From: Gemmatimonadaceae bacterium
GTDB taxonomy: Bacteria; Gemmatimonadota; Gemmatimonadetes; Gemmatimonadales; Gemmatimonadaceae
Reading direction: 5' to 3'
Assembly: GCA_040901985.1 (NCBI GenBank)
Contig: JBBDYC010000014.1
Span: 3,769-67,768, forward strand
Length of the DNA: 64,000 nucleotides
In this document: positions 45,769 through 58,665 of the stretch, piece by piece
Layout: every line of letters starts with the position of its first letter
Position numbering within the stretch: the first letter of the stretch is position 1
Notes under the pieces: generated by a model
What the model was told of the DNA's origin: nothing
What the model saw: only the letters and a program-made list of their open reading frames with translations
Database searches by the model: none
Made by a program: the position numbers and the translations under genes

Positions 45769-48006
45769 ATGCCTCTCATCCTGCGCGCGGCGATCGTCTG
45801 GGCAGCTGGCACCGCGGCGGGGCTGAGCGGTCTCGGCGGCCCGGCGGTGATCATTGCCCTCTGTGCCGGGACAATTGTTGCCATCGCCGTGGCCGACGAC
45901 CGCGGCCTCGCCGTCGCCGCGCTGGCGCTCCTCGGCGGGACCGCGCTGCTCCTTGGTGCCGACGTGCGCGCCGCCGATGCGCGGTGCCTGATGGACGCGC
46001 AGCGCGCCACGAACTGGAGCGTCCGGCTCCTTGACCACGCCGCGCCGGGCAGCTTCGTGCGCGCGACGATCCGCGGCGACGGATGCAGGGTGAGCGTGGC
46101 GCTGGCCGTCGCAAGCGGCGAGGCGCCGGCCGGGAGCACGGTGCGGGTCACGCGCGCCGAGCCGAGCAGCGGCGACCGCGGGCTCCTGCTGCGCGGTGCG
46201 CGGCTGGCCGTCGAGCGCGCACCGGGGCCGCTCGACCGGTGGCGCAACGGTGTAGGCGTGAAGCTCGATGCACTCTTCGGCGACGATGCGGCAATCGTAC
46301 GCGCGCTCTTGATTGCCGACACCAAGGGGCTCTCGCCGGCGATCCGCGAGCGCTACGCCGATGCGGGCCTAGTGCATATCCTGTCCATCTCGGGGTTGCA
46401 CGTGGCGATCGTCGGGGGCGCGCTGCTCCTGCTCTTCGAGGCGCTGCGGCTGTCGCCGGTGGCCGCGCGCGCCGCCGCGGTCGGCGTGACGGCGCTCTAC
46501 GTACTGGCAATCGGCGCGCCGCCGCCGGCGGCGCGCAGTGCCACGCTCTTTGCGGTGCTCGCCATCTCGCGCGCCGCCCAGCGCCCGGTCTCGCCGTGGG
46601 GGAGCTACGCCCTCGGTGCGCTGATCCCCCTCGTGGACCCTCGCACGGTCCTCAACCTCGGCTGGCAGCTCTCGCTGGCCGGGTACGCGGCGATCATCGT
46701 CTCCGGGCGGCTCTCGCGCCGCGTGGTGCCGGAGCGGTGGCGTGGGTGGCGACGCACCGTGGCGCGGGACCTGATGGCCGGGCTCCTGACGACGCTCGCC
46801 ACGGCCCCCCTCGTCGCCTGGCACTTCGGGCGGTTGAGTCTCGTATCACCGCTGTCGAACATTGCCGCCGGTCCAGTCGTCGCGCTGCTGCAGCCGACGC
46901 TCTTCCTGGCGATGGCGATGCCGTTCCGCGGCGTGGCGGCCTTTGTGGCGGACGCGGCCGCGCCGATGCTCGTCGCGCTCGACGGCATCGCCGCGATGGC
47001 GGCGGCCCTCCCCGGTGCCGCGATGGTCGTCGCCCCGAGTGCCGTGGCCGCCGTGCTGAGCGGGATCGCGGCCAGCTCACTCCTGGCCGCCGGGTGGGCG
47101 CGGCAGTGGCGCCCGCCGCTCACGGTCGCCGTTGCGGCGGTGGCGCTGATCGCGTGGATGCCGGCCACGCCGCTGGCGGCCGACCGCGGCGCCGAAGTGC
47201 ATCTCCTCGACGTCGGACAGGGGGATGCGATTGCCATCCGGTCGCCTGCAGGGCGGTGGGTCCTCGTGGACGCCGGCCGGAGCTGGTCGTCGGGCGACGC
47301 CGGCCGAAGCACGGTCATCCCGCATCTTCGTCGCCGCGGCGGACCCCTGGCGATGCTCGTCCTCACCCACCCGCACGCCGACCACATCGGGGGCGCGGCG
47401 AGCGTGTTGCGCGCGCTCCGCCCCGCCGAGGTGCGCGACGCCGCGTTCGTCGAACGGAGTGCCGGATACCTCGCACTCCTGCGCACCGCGCACGAGGTCG
47501 GCACGCGATGGCAGCGGGTGCGCCCCGGGGAGGTCGTGGAACTCGACGGGATGAGTCTGGAGTTCCTCGCGCCCGACTCCGCGTGGACGACTTCGCTCAG
47601 CGATCCCAACGAGGCGAGCACGGTGGTACGCGTCCAGTTCGGCGCGGTGAGCTTCCTCCTCACGGGGGACGCCGAGGCGCGGGAGGAGGCGTGGCTGCTC
47701 GACCACGCCGCCGAGCGGCTCGCCAGCGACGTGCTCAAGGTGGCCCATCACGGGTCGGCCACCAGCACCACGCCGGCGTTTCTCTCGGCGGTGGCGCCGC
47801 GGCTGGCGGTGGTCTCGGTGGGCGCCGGCAACACCTATGGGCACCCGTCGAGCGAGGTGATGCGACGTCTCGCCGCTGCGGGCGCGACGGTGCTCCGCAC
47901 CGACCAGCTGGGGACGGTGGTCCTGCGCACGGACGGAGCGCGGATCGAAGTGGTCGCGGCCGGCCACCGGTGGACCGCCGCGCAGCCATTGCCCGAAGCG
48001 CCGTGA
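45769..48006 (+). CDS. comEC: ComEC/Rec2 DNA-uptake protein
   Basis: 'HILSISGLH', 'DVGQGDA', 'THPHADH', 'KVAHHGS', 'N.YGHP'. Confidence 0.95.
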   Translation: MPLILRAAIVWAAGTAAGLSGLGGPAVIIALCAGTIVAIAVADDRGLAVAALALLGGTALLLGADVRAADARCLMDAQRATNWSVRLLDHAAPGSFVRATIRGDGCRVSVALAVASGEAPAGSTVRVTRAEPSSGDRGLLLRGARLAVERAPGPLDRWRNGVGVKLDALFGDDAAIVRALLIADTKGLSPAIRERYADAGLVHILSISGLHVAIVGGALLLLFEALRLSPVAARAAAVGVTALYVLAIGAPPPAARSATLFAVLAISRAAQRPVSPWGSYALGALIPLVDPRTVLNLGWQLSLAGYAAIIVSGRLSRRVVPERWRGWRRTVARDLMAGLLTTLATAPLVAWHFGRLSLVSPLSNIAAGPVVALLQPTLFLAMAMPFRGVAAFVADAAAPMLVALDGIAAMAAALPGAAMVVAPSAVAAVLSGIAASSLLAAGWARQWRPPLTVAVAAVALIAWMPATPLAADRGAEVHLLDVGQGDAIAIRSPAGRWVLVDAGRSWSSGDAGRSTVIPHLRRRGGPLAMLVLTHPHADHIGGAASVLRALRPAEVRDAAFVERSAGYLALLRTAHEVGTRWQRVRPGEVVELDGMSLEFLAPDSAWTTSLSDPNEASTVVRVQFGAVSFLLTGDAEAREEAWLLDHAAERLASDVLKVAHHGSATSTTPAFLSAVAPRLAVVSVGAGNTYGHPSSEVMRRLAAAGATVLRTDQLGTVVLRTDGARIEVVAAGHRWTAAQPLPEAP

Positions 48007-48060
48007 CCCGGCCACCTTTCCCCGGTCGCTGGGCCCTCGTTCACCCGCACCCCGCACGCC

Positions 48061-49070
48061 GTGGTCAAGCACACCGAATCCTCGGTCGTCACGATCGAGC
48101 GCTTCATCATCGAGCAGGAGCGCCTCCTTCCGCACGCCACCGGGGAGCTCTCCGGCGTCCTCGCCGACCTCGCCATCGCCAGCAAGATGATCGCCAACAA
48201 GGTGCGGCTCGCCGGACTGGCGGACGTGCTCGGCGAGCACGGGACGCAGAACGTGCAGGGGGAGGCGCAGCAGAAGCTCGATGTCCTCGCCAACACGATC
48301 ATGGTCAAGGCACTCGACCACGGCGGCCGCCTCTGCGCAATGGCGTCGGAGGAGGAGGAGGGGATCATCCAGATTCCCGAGCGCTTTCGGCGCGGGAAAT
48401 ATGTCCTGCTGTTCGACCCGCTCGACGGCTCGTCCAACATTGACGTCAATGTGCCGGTGGGGACGATCTTCTCGATTCTCCGGAAGGTCACCGACGGCCC
48501 GGACGGCACGCTCGAGGATATGCTGCAGGCCGGCACGGAGCAGGTCGCGGCGGGCTATGTCATCTACGGGGCGAGCACGATGCTCGTCTATACCGCCGGG
48601 CGGGGCGTGCACGGCTTCACGCTCGACCCGTCCATCGGTGAGTTCCTCCTCTCGCACCCGGACCTGCGGATTCCCGAGCACGGCCGCTACCTGAGCGTGA
48701 ACGACGCCTACGAGCGGGACTGGGCCGAGGACGTGCGGGCGCTGATGCGCCGCTATCGCGGGATGGATGGAGAGCGCACGGCGATGAACGTCCGCTACGT
48801 GGGCTCGCTGGTTGCCGATTTCCACCGCAACCTCCTCGGCGGCGGGCTCTTCGCGTATCCGGCCAACGCCAGGTATCCGCAGGGCAAGTTGCGCCTCCTC
48901 TACGAGTGCAACCCGCTCGCGTTCGTGGTCGAGCAGGCCGGCGGGTCGGCGATTGACGGCCGGCAGCGGATCCTCGACGTGAGGCCGACGGCGCTGCATC
49001 AGCGCTCGCCGTACTACGTGGGGTCGAAGGCCGACGTGGCGATCGCCGCCGAGATGCTCGGGGCGCGCTG

Positions 49071-49071
<1 letters not shown>
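48061..49071 (+). CDS. fbp: Class 1 fructose-1,6-bisphosphatase
   Basis: '[11 protein letters not shown]', '[12 protein letters not shown]', 'GKLRLLYE'. Confidence 0.97.
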
Positions 49072-50678
<1,607 letters not shown>

Positions 50679-50747
50679 CGCCGCTTGAACGCCCTGCGGA
50701 CGCCGGCTAACTTTATCTGGCTCCGCACGTTACGCCCACTCCGCCCA

Positions 50748-51134
50748 ATGCCCACTTACGAGTATCGTTGCCCCGAGGGGCATGAGTTCGAGCGGTTCGT
50801 CCAGAAGATGAGCGACGCCGTGTCGGCGCTCGCCTGTCCGACGTGTGGCGTGATGGCCGAACGCCGGATGTCGGCAGGCGGTGGCTTGGTGTTCAAGGGC
50901 TCGGGGTTCTACATCACCGACTACGGGAAGGACGGGAAGAAGGATCAGGCCGCGGCGGCGAAGGCGGCAAAGGATGCCAGCGCGCCGGCGGCGGTGCCGG
51001 CGACAGCGGCGGCCCCCAAGGAAGGCGCGCCCACCGCGGCTGCCGTGCCCGCGACCTCGGCGACCTCGGCGACCCCGGCGACTCCGGCGACTCCAGCGAC
51101 ACCGCCGACCCCAAAGTCCGGCCCCGAGAAGTGA
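50748..51134 (+). CDS. FmdB-family zinc-ribbon protein with Ala/Thr/Pro tail
   Basis: '[12 protein letters not shown]', 'CPTCG', '[11 protein letters not shown]'. Confidence 0.92.
   Translation: MPTYEYRCPEGHEFERFVQKMSDAVSALACPTCGVMAERRMSAGGGLVFKGSGFYITDYGKDGKKDQAAAAKAAKDASAPAAVPATAAAPKEGAPTAAAVPATSATSATPATPATPATPPTPKSGPEK
51051..51113 (+). repeat. 7 x 9-bp tandem repeat (ATS/ATP)n
   Basis: gcgacctcg gcgacctcg gcgaccccg gcgactccg gcgactcca gcgacaccg ccgacccca. Confidence 0.9.
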
Positions 51135-52774
51135 GCGGCGTCGAGGGATTGCGCGCCGCCCTGGTCCGCGCGGCGGTCGCCATCGGTGCGCCCGCCGACG
51201 TGCAGGTGACCCTCGAGCGCCCGCGCGATCCCGCGCACGGCGATTGGGCCACCAACGTCGCGATGACGCTCGCGCGCCCGCTGGCAAGGAAGCCGCGCGA
51301 GATTGCCGACGCACTCGTCGCCGCGCTCGACACCAAGGCCGCCGGGGTCGTCGAGGCCTCGGTGGCCGGCCCGGGGTTCATCAACCTGCGCCTGGCGACG
51401 GCCGACCTCGCGTCGGGGATCGCGCGGATCCTGCAGCAGGAGCGCGCCTGGGGCAGCGGCACCGGCGGGATCGGAAAGACGGCGATCGTCGAGTTCGTCT
51501 CGGCGAATCCCACCGGGCCGCTCCACGTCGGCCACGGTCGCCAGGCCGCCCTCGGCGACGCAATCGCCTCGCTCCTCGCGTCGCAGGGGTGGGCGGTGAC
51601 GCGGGAGTTCTACTACAACGACGGCGGCGTCCAGATCCAGAACCTCGCCCTTTCCGTGCAGGCGCGGCTGCGCGAGCGCGCCGGCGAACCGCTGACGCTT
51701 CCCGAGGGCGGCTACCACGGCGAGTACATCAAGGACATCGCCGCGCGCTACGCCGAGGAGTTCCCAGGGGATACGCGTGGCGACGACCTCGAGCAGGTGC
51801 GTCAGGTGGCCGTGCGCGAACTGCGCAAGGAGCAAGATCTCGACCTCCGCGCCTTTGGCGTGACCTTCGACGTCCATTTCCTCGAGTCGTCGCTGTACAC
51901 CGATGGGTTGGTCGAGAAGACCGTCGTGGGCCTGCAGCGCGCCGGACACACCTTCGAGGACGAAGGCGCGCTCTACCTCCGCACCACGGACTACGGCGAC
52001 GACAAGGACCGCGTGATGCGGAAGAGCGACGGCACCTACACGTACTTCGTGCCCGACGTCGCGTACCACGTCACCAAGTTCGAGCGCGGCTTCACGCGGG
52101 CGATCAACGTGCAGGGCGCCGACCACCACGGCACCACGGCACGCGTGCGCGCCGGACTGCAGGCGTTGGAAATGGGCATCCCGGCGGGCTACCCGGAGTA
52201 CGTCCTCCACCAGATGGTGACGGTGATGAAGGGCGGCGCGGAGGTGAAGATCTCCAAGCGCGCCGGCAGCTACGTCACCGTGCGCGACCTCATTGACGAG
52301 GTCGGGCGCGACGCCGTCCGGTACTTCTTCCTGATGCGCAAGGGCGACTCGCAGCTCGTTTTCGACGTGGACCTCGCGCGGTCGCAGTCGGAGGAGAATC
52401 CGGTCTACTACATCCAGATGGCGCACGCGCGCCTCTGCGGGATCTTCCGCGTCGGCGCGGTGGACCCGGGGAGCGTCACCGGCCGCGACGTGGACTGGAG
52501 CGCGCTCGACACCGTCGAGGAGCGCGAGCTCGTGAAGACGATGCTCGACTGGCCGGACTTCGTGGCGAGCGCCGCCGACGCCCTCGAGCCGCACCGCGTG
52601 GCCAACTGGCTCCTCGAGACGGCGCGACTTGTGCACACCTGGTACCACAAGCATCACGTGCTGGGCGAGGAGCCGCGCGTGATGCAGGCGCGGCTCGCGC
52701 TCGCCAAGGCGGCGCGGATCACGCTCGCCGACGGCCTCGGGCTGCTCGGCATCGGCGCCCCGGAACGGATGTAG
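51131..52774 (+). CDS. argS: Arginine--tRNA ligase
   Basis: '[17 protein letters not shown]', 'GADHHG', 'ISKRAG', 'YYIQMAHAR', 'PERM'. Confidence 0.97.
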   Translation: MSGVEGLRAALVRAAVAIGAPADVQVTLERPRDPAHGDWATNVAMTLARPLARKPREIADALVAALDTKAAGVVEASVAGPGFINLRLATADLASGIARILQQERAWGSGTGGIGKTAIVEFVSANPTGPLHVGHGRQAALGDAIASLLASQGWAVTREFYYNDGGVQIQNLALSVQARLRERAGEPLTLPEGGYHGEYIKDIAARYAEEFPGDTRGDDLEQVRQVAVRELRKEQDLDLRAFGVTFDVHFLESSLYTDGLVEKTVVGLQRAGHTFEDEGALYLRTTDYGDDKDRVMRKSDGTYTYFVPDVAYHVTKFERGFTRAINVQGADHHGTTARVRAGLQALEMGIPAGYPEYVLHQMVTVMKGGAEVKISKRAGSYVTVRDLIDEVGRDAVRYFFLMRKGDSQLVFDVDLARSQSEENPVYYIQMAHARLCGIFRVGAVDPGSVTGRDVDWSALDTVEERELVKTMLDWPDFVASAADALEPHRVANWLLETARLVHTWYHKHHVLGEEPRVMQARLALAKAARITLADGLGLLGIGAPERM

Positions 52775-52817
52775 TTTTGGCAAGGGAACGCGGCCACCTC
52801 TTCGCCTGGAACCCGGA

Positions 52818-53735
52818 ATGAGCGTACTCGTCGTTGGATCGGTGGCCCTCGATTCGGTCGAGACCCCGTTCGGCAAGGCCGACGAGGTGCTCGGCGGGTC
52901 GGCCATTTACTTCGCGGCCGCGGCGTCGCACCAGACGCCGGTCCAGTTCGTCGGTGTGGTCGGCCACGACTACCCGATGGACAGGCTCGAGCCGCTCAAG
53001 GCACGCGGCGTGGACCTCGCCGGCCTCGAAAGCGCCGAGGGCGAGTCGTTCCGCTGGCGCGGGCGGTACCGCCACGACCTGAACTCCGCCGAGACGCTCG
53101 AGACGCGCCTCGGCGTCTTTTCGCGCTTCAAGCCGAAGATCCCGGCGCAGTTCCGGTCGGCGGAGTACGTGTTCCTCGCGAACATTGACCCGCGACTGCA
53201 GCTCGACGTGCTGAGCCAGGTCACGAAGCCGAAGCTCGTCGCGTGCGACACGATGAACTTCTGGATCGAGTCGCGGCGTGCCGACCTGCTGGACTTGATC
53301 AAGCGGGTGGACCTGATCACGCTCAACGACGCCGAGGCGCGCCAGCTCACCGAGCAGGCAAACCTTGTGCAGGCGGCGCGCTGGATCCTCGAGCGGGGGC
53401 CGCGCACCGTGCTGATCAAGAAGGGCGAGCACGGCGCCTTTATGTTCACGCGCGACACCGTGTTCTTCGCGCCCGCCTTTCCGCTCGAGTCGGTGTTCGA
53501 CCCGACCGGGGCGGGCGATTCGTTCGCCGGCGGCTTTATGGGCTGGTTGGCGCGGACGCGGGACGTCAGCGAGGCGAATATGCGCCGCGCGGTGGTGATT
53601 GGGTCGGCGATGGGGTCGTTCGTGGTCGAGCAGTTCTCGATTGGCCGGCTCCTGGAGATCACGCGCGAGGACATTGATGCGCGGGTGGGCGAGTTCCACC
53701 GGCTCGTCGCCTTCGACCAGGCACTGCACGCGTGA
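52818..53735 (+). CDS. PfkB-family carbohydrate/nucleoside kinase
   Basis: 'LGGSA', 'DPTGAGDSFAGG'. Confidence 0.93.
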   Translation: MSVLVVGSVALDSVETPFGKADEVLGGSAIYFAAAASHQTPVQFVGVVGHDYPMDRLEPLKARGVDLAGLESAEGESFRWRGRYRHDLNSAETLETRLGVFSRFKPKIPAQFRSAEYVFLANIDPRLQLDVLSQVTKPKLVACDTMNFWIESRRADLLDLIKRVDLITLNDAEARQLTEQANLVQAARWILERGPRTVLIKKGEHGAFMFTRDTVFFAPAFPLESVFDPTGAGDSFAGGFMGWLARTRDVSEANMRRAVVIGSAMGSFVVEQFSIGRLLEITREDIDARVGEFHRLVAFDQALHA

Positions 53736-54778
53736 GCCGCGCCAAGGGCCGCGCCAAGCCGCTCACCTACGCGAGCGCCGGCGTTGACATTGACGCGGCG
53801 GAGGACTCCAAGCAGCGGATCAGGCGGCTGGTGGAGTCCACGTTCACCGCGGGGGCGCGCGGCGCCTTTGGCGGGTTCGGCGGGATGTTCCGCGTCCCCG
53901 AGGGCGCGCGGAAACCGCTTCTCGTGGCGAGCGCCGACGGCGTCGGGACCAAGATCAAGGTCGCGATCGAGGCCAACCGACACGACACGATCGGCCACTG
54001 TCTCGTGAACCACTGCGTCAACGACATTCTCGTGCAGGGCGCCAAGCCGCTCTTCTTTCTCGACTACGTCGCGTTCGGGAAACTCATCCCGTCGGTTGTC
54101 GAGGGAATCGTCGCCGGCGTGGCGGCCGGATGCCGCGAGAACGGCGCCTCGCTGATCGGTGGGGAGACGGCGGAGATGCCCGGCGTTTATACGCCGCCCG
54201 ACTACGACCTTGCCGGATTCATCGTCGGCTGGGTCGAGGAGGACGAGGTCATCACGCCGGCGGGGGTGCGCGACGGCGACGTGCTGGTCGGACTCGGCAG
54301 CACAGGACTCCACACCAACGGCTATTCGCTGGCCAGGCGGATCGTCACCGAGCGGCTGCAGCTGGGCCCCGAGGACCCGTTCCCCGACGCCGGGGGTAGG
54401 AGCGTTGCCGATGTCCTCTTGGCCGTGCACCGGTCGTATCTTTCGCTCCTCGGCGGCTCCCTCCGGCGGGTTCACGCGATGGCACACATCACCGGGGGCG
54501 GGATTCCGGGGAACCTCGACCGGGCGCTCCCCCCCAACCTCGACGCGGTGGTCGAGACCGCGGCGTGGAAGATACCCCCTACCTTCCGGGTGCTGGAGGC
54601 GGCGGGTGGAGTGGCGCGGTCCGAGATGTACCGCGCGTTCAATATGGGCGTAGGAATGGTTGTGATTACGGACACATCGGGTGCCGTGCATATTCGTGAC
54701 ATTGCGTCGCAGGCCGGCGTCGCCAATTGGGTCATCGGCCACACCCGCCCTGGATCGGGTCGGGTTCACCTCGTCTAA
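53732..54778 (+). CDS. purM: Phosphoribosylformylglycinamidine cyclo-ligase
   Basis: 'YASAGVDI', 'DGVGTK', 'GGETAEMPG', 'HITGGG', 'FNMGVG'. Confidence 0.97.
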   Translation: MSRAKGRAKPLTYASAGVDIDAAEDSKQRIRRLVESTFTAGARGAFGGFGGMFRVPEGARKPLLVASADGVGTKIKVAIEANRHDTIGHCLVNHCVNDILVQGAKPLFFLDYVAFGKLIPSVVEGIVAGVAAGCRENGASLIGGETAEMPGVYTPPDYDLAGFIVGWVEEDEVITPAGVRDGDVLVGLGSTGLHTNGYSLARRIVTERLQLGPEDPFPDAGGRSVADVLLAVHRSYLSLLGGSLRRVHAMAHITGGGIPGNLDRALPPNLDAVVETAAWKIPPTFRVLEAAGGVARSEMYRAFNMGVGMVVITDTSGAVHIRDIASQAGVANWVIGHTRPGSGRVHLV

Positions 54779-54796
54779 CCTGGGAGTTCACTCAGT

Positions 54797-55735
54797 ATGC
54801 GTCGTCTCCTTGTTGCCTCACTCGCGCTGGCGGTGTTGGCCATTCCCGCCCGGGCGCAGAATTGCGCTGCCGATGGCATCACCGAGGATGCGTGCGTCAA
54901 GGCGCGCGACCTCTTCCTGTATATGGCCCCGCAGTTGGGCACGGCCATCAGCGGTGGCAGCCACACACTCGGCGTCGGCACCACGCTCGGCGGCTTTCCG
55001 CACTTTGCGATTGCCCTCCGGGCGAACGCGGTGATGGGCGACCTGCCGACCATCGACAATGTCACCGTCGGCGCGGCGACCGTCTCGACGATCGAGAGCG
55101 AGGCGAACCCCGTCCCGATGGTCACCGCCGACTTTGCACTCGGCGTCTTCAAGGGCGTCTCGCTCGGTGTCACGCGCGTCGGTGGGGTGGACCTGATCGG
55201 CGGCGTCACCTTCGTGCCCAAAGTGGAAGACGACAACACGTCGCTCGTGCCGCAGAGCAGCACGTCAATCGGCCTTGGGGCGCGGATCGGCCTGCTCGAG
55301 CAGTCGGCGGTCGTTCCGGGCGTCTCGTTCTCGTTCATGAAGCGGAACCTTCCGGTGCTCGATTTCGGCTTTGCGACCGATGGCGGCGACCAGTTCAACA
55401 TTGACGATTTCACGGTGAACACGACGTCGTGGCGGCTCTCGGCGCAGAAGAACCTGTTGCTCTTCCAACTCGGCGCCGGCATCGGCGGCGACAAGTATGA
55501 TTTTTCGACGACCGCCACCGGCGACGTGGACGGGGCCACCTTCGGCTTCGGCGCCAAGGAGTCAATGAGCCGCACGACGATGTACGGCACGCTGGGCCTC
55601 AACCTCTTCCTGTTCAAGGCGGTGGCCGAGGTCGGGCAAGTGAGCGGTGGCGACCTGGTGACATACAACGACTTCACCGAGCCGGCGGACAAGAATCGGC
55701 TGTACGCCACGGTCGGTCTTCGCATCAGCTTCTGA
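54797..55735 (+). CDS. Outer-membrane beta-barrel protein
   Basis: Signal peptide; Cys pair; C-terminal 'VGLRISF'. Confidence 0.75.
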   Translation: MRRLLVASLALAVLAIPARAQNCAADGITEDACVKARDLFLYMAPQLGTAISGGSHTLGVGTTLGGFPHFAIALRANAVMGDLPTIDNVTVGAATVSTIESEANPVPMVTADFALGVFKGVSLGVTRVGGVDLIGGVTFVPKVEDDNTSLVPQSSTSIGLGARIGLLEQSAVVPGVSFSFMKRNLPVLDFGFATDGGDQFNIDDFTVNTTSWRLSAQKNLLLFQLGAGIGGDKYDFSTTATGDVDGATFGFGAKESMSRTTMYGTLGLNLFLFKAVAEVGQVSGGDLVTYNDFTEPADKNRLYATVGLRISF

Positions 55736-55752
55736 GTGACCCGCAGGGATCG

Positions 55753-56841
55753 ATGACCCCACCGAGGGCCCCGCAGGACGGGGCGTTTATGCGCCGCGCG
55801 CTCGTCCTGGCGCGGCGCGGGTGGGGGCAGACGGCGCCAAACCCAATGGTTGGCGCCGTCGTCGTTCGTGGCGGCCAGACGGTCGGCGAGGGATGGCACG
55901 CCGAGTTCGGCGGGCCGCACGCCGAGGTGTTGGCGCTCGCCGCGGCAGGCGACGCGGCGAAGGGGGCGGACGTCTATGTGACGCTCGAGCCCTGCGCCCA
56001 CCACGGCAAGACGCCCCCCTGCGCGTTGGCGCTGATCGCGGCCGGGGTGCGCCGCGTGGTCATCGCCCATCCGGATCCGAGTCCGGTGGCCAAAGGCGGC
56101 GCGGCCGCGCTGCACGCGGCGGGGATCGAGGTCGTCGAGGGCGTCGAGCGGGATCGTGCGGCGGACCTCAACGCGCCGTTTCTCTTTCAGCACGCGGTAT
56201 CCGACCGCCCCTTCGTCACGCTCAAGCTGGCCCTCTCGAGCGAGGGCGCGCTGGCGCGCGCCGACGGACGACAAATCTGGCTCACTGGCACGTCCGCCAG
56301 ACGGCAAGTGCACCGCTGGCGCGCCGGTGCGGATGCCATCGCCGTGGGTGTCGGCACCGCGATCGCCGACGACCCCGCGCTCACCGTGCGCCACGGACAC
56401 CGGCCCCGGATTGCCCCAAAACGGGTGGTCTTCGACCGCACGGCCCGGCTTCCGCCCACCGGCAAGCTCGTGGAGACCGCCAGGCGAGTCCCTACCTGGG
56501 TGATCGCTGAGCGGCCGGACCCCGCACGGGCCGCGGCGTTGGAGGCGGCCGGCGTCGTCGTCCACCGGGCCGCGGGGCTCGGCGCCCAACTCGCCCTCCT
56601 GCGCGCCGAGGGCGTCGGGCACCTGTTCGTGGAAGGCGGGGCCGGACTGGCCGACGCCCTCCTGGGCGCCGGCTGGGTGGACCGGTTGATTATCTTTCGG
56701 GCGCCGGTCCCCTTGGGGGCCGGGGCCTTGGCCGGACTCGGGACTGCGGTCCCGCCGGTCGAAGGGACGGAGCGGTGGCAGGTCCTGGAGCGCCGGACCT
56801 ACGGCGACGACCAGATGACCCGCTACCGCGCCGTCCGCTGA
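55753..56841 (+). CDS. ribD: Riboflavin biosynthesis deaminase/reductase
   Basis: 'PNPMVG', 'HAE', 'TLEPC.H.GKTPPC', 'VEGG'. Confidence 0.96.
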   Translation: MTPPRAPQDGAFMRRALVLARRGWGQTAPNPMVGAVVVRGGQTVGEGWHAEFGGPHAEVLALAAAGDAAKGADVYVTLEPCAHHGKTPPCALALIAAGVRRVVIAHPDPSPVAKGGAAALHAAGIEVVEGVERDRAADLNAPFLFQHAVSDRPFVTLKLALSSEGALARADGRQIWLTGTSARRQVHRWRAGADAIAVGVGTAIADDPALTVRHGHRPRIAPKRVVFDRTARLPPTGKLVETARRVPTWVIAERPDPARAAALEAAGVVVHRAAGLGAQLALLRAEGVGHLFVEGGAGLADALLGAGWVDRLIIFRAPVPLGAGALAGLGTAVPPVEGTERWQVLERRTYGDDQMTRYRAVR

Positions 56842-56866
56842 TTCCACTCACGAACGCACGCCGCGC

Positions 56867-57463
56867 ATGTTCACTGGCTTGATCACTGCGGTCGGAGAGG
56901 TCGTGGCGGTGTCCGACACGGACGCCGGGCGCGAGCTCGTCATCGCCGCTCCGTACGAGGGCGTCACGGTCGGCGAGAGCATCGCCTGCAACGGCGCCTG
57001 CCTGACCGTGCGCGAGTGCTCGCCGGGACGCATCACCGTGGCGGCCGTCGTGGCCACGCGCGAGCGCACGACGATCGCCGACTGGACGGCCGGGACGCGG
57101 CTCAACCTCGAGCGCGCGCTTGCGCTCGGCGAGCGGCTCGGTGGGCACATCGTCCAGGGGCACGTGGACGGCGTCGGCCGCGTGCTGCGCGCGGAGACCG
57201 ACGGCGACGCCTGGCTGGTGGACATCGAACTGCCGCCGGAGATTGATGACCTCGTGGTGCCGCAGGGGAGCATCGCGGTGGACGGGGTCAGTCTCACCGT
57301 GCAGGGCCTGCCAGGACCCGGCGTTGCGCGCGTCGCAGTGATTGACCACAGTCGGCGGCACACCACGCTGGGCGAGCTCCGGCCCGGCGACGCGCTGCAC
57401 GTCGAGGCGGACATCCTCGCCAAGCATCTCAAGCGCCTCGCGGCGCCCCTACTGCAGAGTTGA
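56867..57463 (+). CDS. ribE: Riboflavin synthase
   Basis: 'MFTGL', 'NLERAL', 'GGHIVQGHVD'. Confidence 0.96.
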   Translation: MFTGLITAVGEVVAVSDTDAGRELVIAAPYEGVTVGESIACNGACLTVRECSPGRITVAAVVATRERTTIADWTAGTRLNLERALALGERLGGHIVQGHVDGVGRVLRAETDGDAWLVDIELPPEIDDLVVPQGSIAVDGVSLTVQGLPGPGVARVAVIDHSRRHTTLGELRPGDALHVEADILAKHLKRLAAPLLQS

Positions 57464-57465
57464 CG

Positions 57466-58665
57466 ATGTTCGGGACCATCGAACAGGCAATCACTGACCT
57501 GAAGGCCGGCAAGTTCATCGTCGTCGCTGACGACGAGGACCGGGAGAACGAAGGCGATCTGATCTGCGCGGCGGAGTTCATCACGCCAGAGATGGTCAAC
57601 GTGCTGATGCGCGCGAAGGGGATGATCTGCGTGGCGCTCTCGCCGGACCGGGTCACCCAGCTCGGTCTGACGATGATGGGCGCCGAGAACACTGACGCGC
57701 TGCGCACAGCCTACACCGTGACCATTGACGGGGCGCCACACCACGGCGTGACGACCGGGATCAGCGCGCGCGACCAGGCGACGACGATCCGCCTCGCCGC
57801 GAGCCCGACCGCGCACCCGAGCGACCTCCGCCGGCCGGGGCACGTGCACCCGCTGCGGGCGCGGGAAGGCGGGGTCCTGCAGCGCGTCGGCCACACCGAG
57901 GCGGCGGTGGACCTGATGCGGCTCGCCGGGCTGCAGCCGGCCGGCGTGATTTGCGAGATCCTCACCGACGACGGATCCACCGCCAAGCGGCCGGAGCTCG
58001 AGCAGTTCGCCCTGACGCACGGCCTGACGTTCATCACGGTGGCGCAACTTGTCGCGCATCGGCTGCAGAACGAGCGGCTGGTGCACCGGGCCGCCGAGGC
58101 GCGGTTGCCGACCGAGTTTGGCGAGTTCCGGGTTGTCGGCTACCGCAACGACGTGGACACGCACGAGCACGTTGCGCTCGTGTTCGGCGAGGTGAGGGGT
58201 GCCGAGGAGGTGCTGGTGCGGATGCACTCCAAGTGCCTCACCGGCGACACCTTCCATTCGCTCCGCTGCGACTGCCGGTGGCAGTTGCACGAGGCGATGC
58301 GCCTGGTGGCCGAGGCGGGGCGGGGCGTGATCGTCTATCTCGACCAGGAGGGCCGCGGGATCGGGCTCCTCAACAAGCTCCGCGCCTACCAGCTGCAGGA
58401 CGAGGGCGCCGACACGGTCGAGGCCAACGAGCGCCTTGGCTTCGCGCCGGACCTCCGCAACTACGGCATCGGCGCGCAGATCCTGCTCGACCTCGGGCTT
58501 ACGTCCATCCGCCCGATCACCAACAACCCGAAGAAGCTCGTCGGACTCGAGGGCTACGGACTCCGGCTCGGGGAGCGGGTGGCGATCCAGTCGCCGTCCA
58601 CGACGGAGAACGCCAGCTACCTCGAGACCAAGCGCGCGAAGCTCGGTCACCTCCGGGCGATCTGA
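57466..58665 (+). CDS. ribBA: Bifunctional DHBP synthase / GTP cyclohydrolase II
   Basis: '[10 protein letters not shown]', 'GHTEA', '[10 protein letters not shown]....RCDC', 'TNNP.K'. Confidence 0.97.
   Translation: MFGTIEQAITDLKAGKFIVVADDEDRENEGDLICAAEFITPEMVNVLMRAKGMICVALSPDRVTQLGLTMMGAENTDALRTAYTVTIDGAPHHGVTTGISARDQATTIRLAASPTAHPSDLRRPGHVHPLRAREGGVLQRVGHTEAAVDLMRLAGLQPAGVICEILTDDGSTAKRPELEQFALTHGLTFITVAQLVAHRLQNERLVHRAAEARLPTEFGEFRVVGYRNDVDTHEHVALVFGEVRGAEEVLVRMHSKCLTGDTFHSLRCDCRWQLHEAMRLVAEAGRGVIVYLDQEGRGIGLLNKLRAYQLQDEGADTVEANERLGFAPDLRNYGIGAQILLDLGLTSIRPITNNPKKLVGLEGYGLRLGERVAIQSPSTTENASYLETKRAKLGHLRAI

Noticed and set aside
55735..55753. FMN riboswitch before the rib genes
   Set aside because: The spacer is too short, and no FMN consensus was seen upstream.
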